From a virus (Duplodnaviria; Heunggongvirae; Uroviricota; Caudoviricetes): DNA of 23,605 bases. Within the stretch, counting starts at the first letter, position 1. Each line of letters begins with the position of its first letter. This document shows positions 1 to 7,863 of the stretch, piece by piece. The notes beneath the pieces are model-generated. The model searched no databases. It had not been told where the DNA came from and worked only from the letters and a program-made list of their open reading frames with translations. The position numbers and the translations under genes are program-made. The stretch is from IMG/VR virus record IMGVR_UViG_2537562191_000021, positions 1 to 23,605 of that record, one strand, 5' to 3'.

Positions 1-53
1 ATGAAAATAATGCAAATAATAACAATGAGATAAAAGAATCTGTCAGGAGATCA

Positions 54-1046
54 TTGCGCGAAAAAATGGCGAAAATGATCCCCGAAGAAGATAAAAGCGC
101 CCCAAAAATTGAGGGATCTTCAGCAATGATCCCTGGCGGTGCTGTGCAACGTGCCACATTGCCCACTACGAATGTGGCTCGCGACATGATGAAGAACGGC
201 GCAGAAGAACACCTGCGGTTAGCAATTCAAATGGCGCAAGAGCGCGCACTTCAGTATCAAAGCATTGTTGATCAGGAGGCCGAACGTCTACAGGCGGAAA
301 TAGACGCCTTGGGCGATAAAGAGCCAGAAGGAATGCACCCTGGGCAGCGCCTTCTCGGTCTAATCAGTGACGCGGCCTACTACATGAATGATTTTATCAG
401 TAGGTTGGCAGCTATATATCAGTCCGAACAAAAGCTGCGACAGGGGGATGAAAAGCTTCGTCAGAGCGCTCGCCAGCAAGCATTCAAAGAGGCTGAGGCC
501 AGAGAAAAACTCGAATTAGCACGCCTACAGGCCGAACAGCGTGGCAAAGAGATTGAATATCGCATTGGCGCTGACGCACGCGCTGCCAGAGTTATCGCCG
601 CCGCTATACGTATGCGTGAGCGCGAGGAACTGGATGATATCGGTGTTGCTGAATACATCGAGCGCCAGGGGGTCAGCGTCCCGGCTATCCTCGCGGCGCG
701 CGCGGCGAAAGCTATCACTCTTCTCGAACCACCTGTTTCTGACGTCAATGATGTTGATGATGAACAGCTGGACAAAGAGGCAAGGGAGTTTGCAACGCTT
801 CAGGCTAACCATCCGCAATGGCTGGCAGAGCGCCGGGCGGATGTGGCAACCATTGTTGAAGAATTGGGGTGCGGAGATTACGACCGCAATGGCGAGCGTA
901 AAGCTGGAGAATTCGAGGCCAACGACGAAGAGCTGGATATTGACCCTTCGGCAACGGCTGAAATTTACGGTGATTATGATGCATCTGATGCAGGGTATGA
1001 CGCCGGAGATGATGATATCGCGATAGAACCGCCGGAGGATGATTAA
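54..1046 (+). CDS. Putative terminase small / DNA-recognition subunit (PacA-like position), probably 5'-partial
   Basis: Reading frame is open from nt 3 to 1046; there is no well-spaced SD for TTG54 or ATG66, so the gene probably begins upstream of the window. Coiled-coil-like centre and strongly acidic C-terminus. Stop overlaps the start of the terminase large subunit gene (TAATG at 1044-1048). Function is inferred from position only. Confidence 0.35.
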   Translation: MREKMAKMIPEEDKSAPKIEGSSAMIPGGAVQRATLPTTNVARDMMKNGAEEHLRLAIQMAQERALQYQSIVDQEAERLQAEIDALGDKEPEGMHPGQRLLGLISDAAYYMNDFISRLAAIYQSEQKLRQGDEKLRQSARQQAFKEAEAREKLELARLQAEQRGKEIEYRIGADARAARVIAAAIRMREREELDDIGVAEYIERQGVSVPAILAARAAKAITLLEPPVSDVNDVDDEQLDKEAREFATLQANHPQWLAERRADVATIVEELGCGDYDRNGERKAGEFEANDEELDIDPSATAEIYGDYDASDAGYDAGDDDIAIEPPEDD

Positions 1047-2554
1047 TGGCTGGCGGGCGCAAGATTAAATGCGTCACCAGCGATCCACGCTGGCGCGATA
1101 TGGTAATCAAATACCGCTACAACTTTACCCAGGCTGTTGTCGATATTTTTGGGATGTTCCCCTCCCACCAGCAGCAGCAGATCATTCAGTCAGTGCAGGA
1201 AACGGGGAGTAGGACGACCGTCACGTCCGGACACGGAACGGGGAAGTCGTCCCTTACCGCGATGTTGCTGTTGATTTTTATGATCCTGTTCCCCGATGCC
1301 CGTGTCATCATTGTTGCTAACAAGATAGGCCAGGTAAAAACAGGCGTATTCAAATACGTTAAACAGTATTGGGCGAATGCAGTTAAGCGTCATGGGTGGT
1401 TGCAGACCTATTTTGTCCTCTCTGACACCATGTTTTATGAGCGCTCCCGTAAGGGGATTTGGGAAGTTCTCTGCAAAGGTTATCGACTCGGCAACGAAGA
1501 AGCGCTGGCGGGGGAACACGCGGCACATTTGCTTCTAATTCTGGACGAAGCATCTGGTATATCTGATAAGGCGATCGGCGTAATGACCGGTGCTCTTACT
1601 GAAGAAGATAACCGGATGTTGATGCTATCCCAGCCAACAAGGCCAAGTGGTTATTTCTACGATTCGCACCATTCTCAAGCAAAAACCCCAGACAACCCGA
1701 AAGGGATCTGGACAGCAATTGTTCTTAACTCGGAAGAATCACCGTTCGTCACACCACAATTCATCAAGCAGAAGCTTCTGGAATATGGCGGGCGCGATTC
1801 TATTGAGTACATGGTCAAGGTGCTTGGTCAGTTCCCACGAGAAATTAACGGCTATTTGCTTGGTCGTGATGAATGCGATCGCGCTGCTCGCCGCAAGGTG
1901 TTGTTGGAGAAAAACTGGGGATGGGTGGCAACGGCTGACGTTGGTAATGGGCGAGATAAGTCGGTCCTCAACATCTGCAAAGTATCTGGTCACAGGGATA
2001 AGCGGCGCGTTGTTAACTTTAAGGTAATGGAGATGCCTGGCACTATGGACCCATTGGCCTTTGCTGACTTCATATATAACGAATGTACGCCGGAAAAATA
2101 CCCGAATATAACAATCGCGGTTGATGCTGATGGTTTTGGTTCTGATACGTGTGCGCAGTTGGTGCGTCGTGGTGCGAACCCGGTACGTATTCGGTGGGGA
2201 AAACCCATGTTTGCGAACAAAGACAGGGAGCGATTTGTTAATCAGCGTGCCTACGCAAATATTATGGCGCGAGATGCCATAAAGTCAGGGCGTATGCGGA
2301 TAGACAGTGACCCTAAAACGGCAGAGCAAGCGTCAAAAATCCCCTTTTTACTGAATGAAGAAGGGAAAATGGCGATGATGCGCAAAGAGCACATGCGGCA
2401 AAAGCTAAACATCAAATCGCCTGACCGATGGGATACCTACTGCTTCACTATGCTGGTGGACTATGTGCCTGCTAATGAAGATATTGGTGCCGAAATGGCA
2501 ACTTTCCGAGATCAGGTTCTGGCGGATATCGAAATGCCGGATCTGGATATATAA
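1046..2554 (+). CDS. Terminase large subunit (ATPase plus nuclease)
   Basis: 502 aa. Walker A TSGHGTGKSS; Walker B LLLILDEASG; C-terminal RNase-H-like nuclease aspartates (VATADVGNG, AVDADGFG, SPDRWDT). Translationally coupled to the upstream ORF. Confidence 0.8.
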   Translation: MAGGRKIKCVTSDPRWRDMVIKYRYNFTQAVVDIFGMFPSHQQQQIIQSVQETGSRTTVTSGHGTGKSSLTAMLLLIFMILFPDARVIIVANKIGQVKTGVFKYVKQYWANAVKRHGWLQTYFVLSDTMFYERSRKGIWEVLCKGYRLGNEEALAGEHAAHLLLILDEASGISDKAIGVMTGALTEEDNRMLMLSQPTRPSGYFYDSHHSQAKTPDNPKGIWTAIVLNSEESPFVTPQFIKQKLLEYGGRDSIEYMVKVLGQFPREINGYLLGRDECDRAARRKVLLEKNWGWVATADVGNGRDKSVLNICKVSGHRDKRRVVNFKVMEMPGTMDPLAFADFIYNECTPEKYPNITIAVDADGFGSDTCAQLVRRGANPVRIRWGKPMFANKDRERFVNQRAYANIMARDAIKSGRMRIDSDPKTAEQASKIPFLLNEEGKMAMMRKEHMRQKLNIKSPDRWDTYCFTMLVDYVPANEDIGAEMATFRDQVLADIEMPDLDI

Positions 2555-2555
2555 A

Positions 2556-2572
2556 GCCCCGCGATGCGGGGC
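2556..2572. terminator. GC-rich hairpin between convergent genes, putative bidirectional terminator
   Basis: gccccgc-gat-gcggggc, a 7-bp perfect stem, between the terminase stop (2554) and the stop of the minus-strand gene (2582); a weak T-rich run follows on the plus strand. Confidence 0.4.
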
Positions 2573-2581
2573 CGGTTGTGA

Positions 2582-3619
2582 TTACCAGAGCTTCGCGGCG
2601 TACTGCGTTTGGGGGAATGTGTATCCGTAACGTTCTTCGATTGCTTTGCCGTATTTTTTACGAGCTTCATTCAGTTTAATGCCGGTCAGGTCGTCTCCAG
2701 AGGCCATCATTACGTCTAACAATTCCAGATCCATTTTATCCAGCCTTGCCATTGCTTCACGTGATGTACGTATCTTACGTTCAATGATATGGCGAATAGC
2801 CGGATCGGCATCCTCCAGCATCTTAGCGGATTTCTGCTTAAGGCTTTCATTGCGAATATCGATGTTCCTTAAGATGTACGACTTCGCAACGTAGCTTGGC
2901 TGGTGTTTTTCCAGGTCACGAACACGATATAAGTTAAAATCGCCGAGAAGGCTGCAAGGTACCGATTCGACGCCAGAATAAATTGTAATGCTCCGGCGTT
3001 CACCAACATTATTGACAACGGGGATCGTTGTCTTCGGTAGTCTTGCGAAAACCAATGCGCCATGTGCGCCAACTCTAAAGCGAGAAAGGGCATTGCTGCC
3101 TTCGATGTTTGTTGTCAGCACAACATCTGTATATGCCTCTTTACGCGCCCGGTAGATCTCGCCTTCAGGCTCAGCTTCAAAGAAGCGCTGTTCTTCTTCA
3201 AGAGCACCTACGATTTGAGAAAAAACCCTATTTTTCAGGCTTTTCTTTATGATTTTGTCGTATTTTTTTAGCAATTGTTCACGTGTAAATGTACGTGTTG
3301 TTGTAGCGCTTTGCACAACGACATGCGTGCTTTGATTGGTGTCCTCAATGATGAATGGGATCGGAGAATATACAGACTCAACAATGTTCGACGCTTTGCC
3401 GTCGGCATCGCGGCACATGTCAACGAAGGCTTTCCATTCAGCAAGACATTTTTCAGCTTCTTCTAATATGTTTTGGTCATGCGTTAATGCAACATGGCGG
3501 AATTCCTCGCCAGCATAACTGGTATCATGGAAAACAGAGTTTGCGACCACCAGCTCTTTCCACCGTTCAGCGGTTTGCAGGAACCGTTTGTACTCTTTCT
3601 CGATCGACTTCTTACTCAT
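2582..3619 (-). CDS. Hypothetical protein, 345 aa, no recognised domain; sits at the position an immunity repressor occupies in P1-type genomes
   Basis: Long ORF with no competing frame; divergent from the cre-like gene across an AT-rich 394-bp control region; the recurrent 13-bp motif lies 17-29 bp upstream of its start codon. Confidence 0.6.
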   Translation of the reverse strand: MSKKSIEKEYKRFLQTAERWKELVVANSVFHDTSYAGEEFRHVALTHDQNILEEAEKCLAEWKAFVDMCRDADGKASNIVESVYSPIPFIIEDTNQSTHVVVQSATTTRTFTREQLLKKYDKIIKKSLKNRVFSQIVGALEEEQRFFEAEPEGEIYRARKEAYTDVVLTTNIEGSNALSRFRVGAHGALVFARLPKTTIPVVNNVGERRSITIYSGVESVPCSLLGDFNLYRVRDLEKHQPSYVAKSYILRNIDIRNESLKQKSAKMLEDADPAIRHIIERKIRTSREAMARLDKMDLELLDVMMASGDDLTGIKLNEARKKYGKAIEERYGYTFPQTQYAAKLW

Positions 3620-3635
3620 TATTCCTACTCGATTT

Positions 3636-3648
3636 AGTTTTCTAACAT
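3636..3648 (+). promoter_or_regulatory. Recurrent 13-bp motif AGTTTTCTAACAT (candidate operator), copy 1
   Basis: Exact 13-mer AGTTTTCTAACAT, 17-29 bp upstream of the minus-strand start codon at 3619; the same 13-mer recurs at 22739-22751 and as reverse complement at 17604-17616. Confidence 0.4.
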
Positions 3649-3828
3649 AAAATTACTATGACAAATTTATGTCGAATAACAGAGTGAGTAAAGGATCGAA
3701 CTGTGATTTTTTGTCATCAATTTTAGAAAACCAACCGTAGAAACCACACTTCGCAAATTAAAGACCATGAAGGCAACGTGTTACTGGTCATCATCAATCT
3801 ATGATGGATTTAAAAAAATCGGCATTTT

Positions 3829-3862
3829 ATAACTTTAAATAATTGGCATTATTTAAAGTTAG
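3829..3862. other. lox-like recombination site (13-bp inverted repeats flanking an 8-bp asymmetric spacer)
   Basis: ATAACTTTAAATA / ATTGGCAT / TATTTAAAGTTAG. The right arm reverse-complements to CTAACTTTAAATA, a 12/13 match to the left arm. Arms share ATAACTT..ATA with the canonical loxP arm ATAACTTCGTATA. Lies 152 bp upstream of the Cre-family gene. Confidence 0.55.
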
Positions 3863-3870
3863 GCTATAAT
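3843..3870 (+). promoter_or_regulatory. Putative sigma70 promoter reading toward the cre-like gene, overlapping the lox-like spacer and right arm
   Basis: -35 TTGGCA (3843-3848), 16-bp spacer, -10 TATAAT (3865-3870). Confidence 0.3.
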
Positions 3871-4013
3871 CATGTGTAGATGAACAGTGTTGACATCACT
3901 GAAAATACGTGCTTCGAATCAAAGGCTTGTATTTTGAAAATTAACTTATAGCTACCCTGTCATTTTTATATTTTTCGCGTAGCGTCATCTGTATATAGAG
4001 GTCAAATAGTTTC

Positions 4014-5042
4014 ATGAGTGAATTAATTATCTCTGGCAGTTCCGGTGGTTTTCTGCGCAACATTGGCAAAGAGTACCAGGAGGCCGCAGAAAACTTTATG
4101 CGGTTCATGAATGACCAGGGGGCTTACGCGCCGAATACTTTGCGCGATCTCCGGTTAGTGTTTCACTCTTGGGCGAGATGGTGTCACGCTCGCCAGCTCG
4201 CCTGGTTCCCGATCTCACCAGAGATGGCCCGCGAGTATTTTCTTCAGCTGCATGATGCTGATCTGGCTTCGACCACCATTGATAAGCACTACGCCATGCT
4301 GAACATGCTGCTTTCGCATTGTGGCCTTCCACCACTTTCGGATGATAAAAGTGTTTCTCTGGCTATGCGGCGCATCCGGCGCGAAGCGGCAACTGAAAAA
4401 GGCGAACGAACAGGCCAGGCTATACCGCTGCGGTGGGACGATCTGAAACTGCTCGACGTCCTGCTGTCCAGGTCAGAACGGCTGGTGGACCTGCGCAACC
4501 GGGCTTTTCTCTTTGTTGCATACAATACGCTGATGCGTATGTCGGAAATATCGCGTATTCGTGTAGGAGATCTGGACCAAACAGGTGACACTGTCACGCT
4601 ACATATTTCACACACGAAGACAATAACGACCGCCGCCGGGCTTGATAAGGTGCTTTCCCGTCGCACTACCGCTGTGCTGAATGACTGGCTGGATGTTTCA
4701 GGGCTTCGCGAACATCCTGACGCAGTGCTGTTCCCGCCGATACACCGTAGCAATAAGGCCAGGCTCACGACAACGCCCCTTACTGCACCTGCAATGGAGA
4801 AAATATTCAGCGACGCCTGGGTGTTGCTGAATAAAAGAGATGCTACGCCAAACAAAGGAAGATACCGGACGTGGACCGGGCATAGTGCACGCGTCGGGGC
4901 CGCTATTGATATGGCTGAAAAGCAGGTGTCTATGGTGGAGATCATGCAGGAAGGAACCTGGAAGAAACCGGAAACACTTATGCGGTATCTTCGCCGTGGC
5001 GGCGTGTCTGTGGGGGCTAATAGCCGCCTGATGGATTTATAA
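4014..5042 (+). CDS. cre: Cre-family tyrosine site-specific recombinase
   Basis: 342 aa, alignable along its length to P1 Cre as remembered (WFP..PE, LNML..GLP.PSD, AFL..AYNTL.R..EI.RIRV.D, HSARVGAA.DMA, W...RYLR). Catalytic Arg-His-Arg-Trp-Tyr positions are conserved. SD AGAGG 8 nt upstream. Confidence 0.85.
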   Translation: MSELIISGSSGGFLRNIGKEYQEAAENFMRFMNDQGAYAPNTLRDLRLVFHSWARWCHARQLAWFPISPEMAREYFLQLHDADLASTTIDKHYAMLNMLLSHCGLPPLSDDKSVSLAMRRIRREAATEKGERTGQAIPLRWDDLKLLDVLLSRSERLVDLRNRAFLFVAYNTLMRMSEISRIRVGDLDQTGDTVTLHISHTKTITTAAGLDKVLSRRTTAVLNDWLDVSGLREHPDAVLFPPIHRSNKARLTTTPLTAPAMEKIFSDAWVLLNKRDATPNKGRYRTWTGHSARVGAAIDMAEKQVSMVEIMQEGTWKKPETLMRYLRRGGVSVGANSRLMDL

Positions 5043-5045
5043 ATT

Positions 5046-5058
5046 AAATTTCTAACAC
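5046..5058 (+). promoter_or_regulatory. Recurrent motif copy (AAATTTCTAACAC) immediately downstream of the cre-like stop
   Basis: 10/13 match to AGTTTTCTAACAT with core TTCTAACA intact; lies between the cre-like stop and the SD of the next gene. Confidence 0.3.
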
Positions 5059-5115
5059 ATCTTTTTAGATTAACGCCTTTGCTGTAAAGTACCCTCGCCT
5101 ATTTAGGAGGGTGCT

Positions 5116-5460
5116 TTGCAGAGTCAAATCACGGAATCAAGACGCTTCAAGGTGGAAGGTTACACCGTAACCTTCGCCGCTGGTGTTAAGAACAGTCATG
5201 CTGTCGTTGTGTTCGGCATCATGACCGGGCTTGAGGCCGTCCCTGTGTTTACCCTCGAAAAAAACTGGCGAAATCTGGCGGAAGCAGAAAGCTACGTCCG
5301 GAAAGTAACCATCATTGCCGCCGAAAAACTCCTGGCCCACTATCAGGAAAATTATCGCACTATGGTCGAGAAGATTAATCTCGCTTTCACTCGCCCCACT
5401 ACCGGCTTTATTGCACCGGATACTAATGCAGGTCGATATCCTGCAAGGGGGCGTCGGTGA
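5116..5460 (+). CDS. Hypothetical protein, 114 aa (TTG start)
   Basis: Strong SD AGGAGG (5105-5110) 5 nt before TTG at 5116; first gene of a tightly packed six-gene plus-strand cluster. Confidence 0.5.
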   Translation: MQSQITESRRFKVEGYTVTFAAGVKNSHAVVVFGIMTGLEAVPVFTLEKNWRNLAEAESYVRKVTIIAAEKLLAHYQENYRTMVEKINLAFTRPTTGFIAPDTNAGRYPARGRR

Positions 5461-5933
5461 AAACTTATTACCCATCTCTGAATTGTTACCCGTCTTCCTA
5501 TCCAGAATTATCCGGGAAGCTGTTAGCTCTATTAGCTAAAGCACCTACGGAATGGTTTAAGCCAGTCGTTATCAATCCACACTTCCTGGATTACGGAACT
5601 GTTCGCACTCGTAACGAACTCAAAAACCTACTGGCGCATGGATTCATTCGACACCGTGCCGGGAAAGGCTATCAGTTAGCGATTGCGCCAGAAGAGGCCG
5701 TGCGGCTATTCGCATATCGTGACAGCCAGACAAAAGCTCGGGTAATAGCTCAAATACTTCATAACGGCAGCACCTATGCCCGCCAGTTTGGCGGCGACAC
5801 GTCGCAGTTCTTGCGGGCGGTGCGATCGCTGGAGGAGCAAGGAGTTATTGAAAGTTCCTGTCTTCCTGTTCCTACCGTTCCACATATCAAACGTCGGGTT
5901 TACACCTTCACGCAGAGAGCTAAAAAACAATGA
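5457..5933 (+). CDS. Hypothetical protein, 158 aa (GTG start overlapping the upstream stop)
   Basis: Start overlaps the previous stop; its own stop overlaps the dut start (ATGA at 5930-5933). Confidence 0.5.
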   Translation: MKTYYPSLNCYPSSYPELSGKLLALLAKAPTEWFKPVVINPHFLDYGTVRTRNELKNLLAHGFIRHRAGKGYQLAIAPEEAVRLFAYRDSQTKARVIAQILHNGSTYARQFGGDTSQFLRAVRSLEEQGVIESSCLPVPTVPHIKRRVYTFTQRAKKQ

Positions 5934-6424
5934 TTTACGTAAAAGTGAAACGCCTACATCCGGCAGCAAAACTTCCAGCTTATGCCACCTCCGGATCGGC
6001 GGCGATGGATTTTGAGGCTGTTGAAATAAAACCATGCGTCGATAGCAATGGTGCAATTTCCTCAAGCTGGTGGGTGTACACCGGACTGGCTATGGAGATC
6101 CCGCCCGGCTGGTGTCTGAAACTCTATCCGCGCTCCGGATTGGGCTGCAAAAAACATACTCGCCTGGCTAACTGCGTAGGAATTATCGACTCAGATTATC
6201 GCGGTGAAATCATGGCAAAACTGATTACTGATCCCGGCGGGGAAGGCGTTTGTCTCAAGCCTGGAATGGCTGTCATGCAAGGCATTTTTGAGCGTGTTGA
6301 ACAAGTCTCACTAGTCGAGGTTGAGGAACTCAACGAAACGGAACGTGGTGCTGGTGGCTTTGGTAGCACATCGGAAGACCACTTTGAAATCAAGCGCACA
6401 CCGCTTCAGTACGCAAAGTTTTAA
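5930..6424 (+). CDS. dut: dUTP pyrophosphatase (trimeric dUTPase)
   Basis: Conserved dUTPase motifs in order: AKLP..AT.GSAAMD, PRSGLG, GIIDSDYRGE, GMAVMQGIF, ERGAGGFGSTS. Confidence 0.85.
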   Translation: MIYVKVKRLHPAAKLPAYATSGSAAMDFEAVEIKPCVDSNGAISSSWWVYTGLAMEIPPGWCLKLYPRSGLGCKKHTRLANCVGIIDSDYRGEIMAKLITDPGGEGVCLKPGMAVMQGIFERVEQVSLVEVEELNETERGAGGFGSTSEDHFEIKRTPLQYAKF

Positions 6425-6438
6425 GCAGAGGAAAGGCT

Positions 6439-7089
6439 ATGAATTACATGGCAACGAAAGAGCTTTTTAAGTTCCTTCCCAAATACAAAGCTCACAAAAA
6501 CGTTAGTGCATCGAAAATCAAAAATGTTGTTATTTTCGGAGTAACTGATGCCCCACTTTGGGGCTGCATTGAACTCGTTGAACCAAAAGGGGCAACAGTT
6601 TGTGTTGACGCAATGTTTTTACAAAAACACCGACCAAAAACTGGCGGGTATCTGATCGTTTATGAAAACGGTTATCTGTTCTATGCCCCGGAGAAACCAT
6701 TTGAGGAATGCTATGGCCTGGTTAACGACGCCTCCGAAAATGGAACCACGGTCATCATTACGGATGACAACGGCGTGATGATTAATATTACCGGGAGTGT
6801 AACTATTTCTGCTGGTGGTACCACTACCCAGCAAGAGGAAATCGACCTTGAAGCAGCCGACTTTTCTGATGCGCTAATGTGGCTGAAAGAAGGAAAAAAT
6901 GTAGCTCGACGCGAGTGGAAAGGCGAAAAGCAATTCTGCTGGTTAGTTCTCGCTGGGAGCGTCAATTTACACGACATTCAGGTTCCTTATGGTGACCATT
7001 TCGTATTGAAAGATGCACAAAATATGGACAGCGTTTGGTTGCCGTCTGTTGATGATTTACTGGCTTGTGACTGGTTTGTAGTGGAGTGA
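6439..7089 (+). CDS. Hypothetical protein, 216 aa, with a Trp-rich C-terminal domain resembling DUF2829 (from memory)
   Basis: C-terminus DFSDALMWLKEGKNVARREWKGEKQFCWLV...WLPSVDDLLACDWFVVE. SD GAGGAAAGG before ATG 6439/6448. Confidence 0.55.
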   Translation: MNYMATKELFKFLPKYKAHKNVSASKIKNVVIFGVTDAPLWGCIELVEPKGATVCVDAMFLQKHRPKTGGYLIVYENGYLFYAPEKPFEECYGLVNDASENGTTVIITDDNGVMINITGSVTISAGGTTTQQEEIDLEAADFSDALMWLKEGKNVARREWKGEKQFCWLVLAGSVNLHDIQVPYGDHFVLKDAQNMDSVWLPSVDDLLACDWFVVE

Positions 7090-7095
7090 TTTGAC

Positions 7096-7863
7096 ATGGA
7101 AAGCACCAAAACAATTCAATACCGCTTGCGTAATGGCCTGCTGGTGGCTGTTAACGCCGACATGTCACTGCCGTTTGACACGATTGAACGCACTATCATG
7201 ACGTATCTCGGCTTTAATGAAGAGCTGAATGAAGAGCATGGCGTAGCTATATGGAGTGATGCAGACAGCGGCGTTCGTCGTTACATCACCGCCAGGGGCA
7301 AAGACTACTCTCTGGAAGAACTGTTTGCCCTTGCACAGTCTTTCGAATGTGTAGCATTAGACCTGTTTAATGATCCTGCTATAGCGCAACGACTTATACG
7401 CGAGCTTGGGCTATCCGTTACACCAATTATCTTTAAAAATGGCAGCCTGACTGGCACATGGCGCGTAGAACGCATCTCAAACTACCTTCCATATAACCGA
7501 CAGTTAAATGGAGTAATCTCCGGTGTTAATCAGCCCGTAGCGTGTGAAAATGTAAACCTGGTTGTCGCTGTTTTGGCAACCGCATGTCGTGTTATCGGTT
7601 TGGCTAAACAGGCATTTATTCATTTCCCAAATGGTGCAGAGGGTAGCGCAGAGATTATCGCGTGTGATTTCGAATTTACCTGGATGCTACGCGAATATCT
7701 GGACCAAACAGTGTTCCGCGCCGAAGAACTGGATATGTATATCACGTCAACGATTCCTGATGATGTGCGTGCTGAAGCAATCGCTACAGCAAGGGCCAAA
7801 TGCCGTGCGGCGATTGCAGAGCAGGCCAAAGAAGAAGTTAAGGAAGTGGCAGATGGCGACTAA
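7096..7863 (+). CDS. Hypothetical protein, 255 aa, partner of the degenerate terminase paralog
   Basis: Stop overlaps the downstream ATG by 11 nt (ATG 7853, stop 7861-7863), the same coupled arrangement as the packaging pair at 54-2554; no detectable similarity to the 54-1046 product. Confidence 0.55.
   Translation: MESTKTIQYRLRNGLLVAVNADMSLPFDTIERTIMTYLGFNEELNEEHGVAIWSDADSGVRRYITARGKDYSLEELFALAQSFECVALDLFNDPAIAQRLIRELGLSVTPIIFKNGSLTGTWRVERISNYLPYNRQLNGVISGVNQPVACENVNLVVAVLATACRVIGLAKQAFIHFPNGAEGSAEIIACDFEFTWMLREYLDQTVFRAEELDMYITSTIPDDVRAEAIATARAKCRAAIAEQAKEEVKEVADGD

Noticed and set aside
54-400. P1-type pac site (clustered TGATCA/G hexamers) within the PacA-like gene
   Set aside because: Only scattered GATC sites (about four in 200 bp) and a single TGATCA; the hexamer clusters described for P1 pac are not evident.
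461-1110. ORFs 461-775(-), 525-818(-), 541-1026(+) and 805-1110(-) overlapping the 54-1046 gene
   Set aside because: Alternative-frame or antisense ORFs inside a longer, better-supported coding region; low-complexity Ser/Arg/Ala-rich translations typical of spurious frames.
2646-3645. Plus-strand ORFs inside the 2582-3619 minus-strand gene
   Set aside because: Antisense to a long uninterrupted ORF; no SD; none exceeds 96 aa.
3829-3862. Canonical loxP
   Set aside because: The site is not identical to loxP (arm centre and spacer differ); reported as a lox-like variant.
4105-5031. ORFs overlapping the cre-like gene (for example 4289-4945 minus, 218 aa)
   Set aside because: Antisense to a confidently identified recombinase gene; Ser/Arg-rich composition typical of out-of-frame translation of GC-rich coding sequence.
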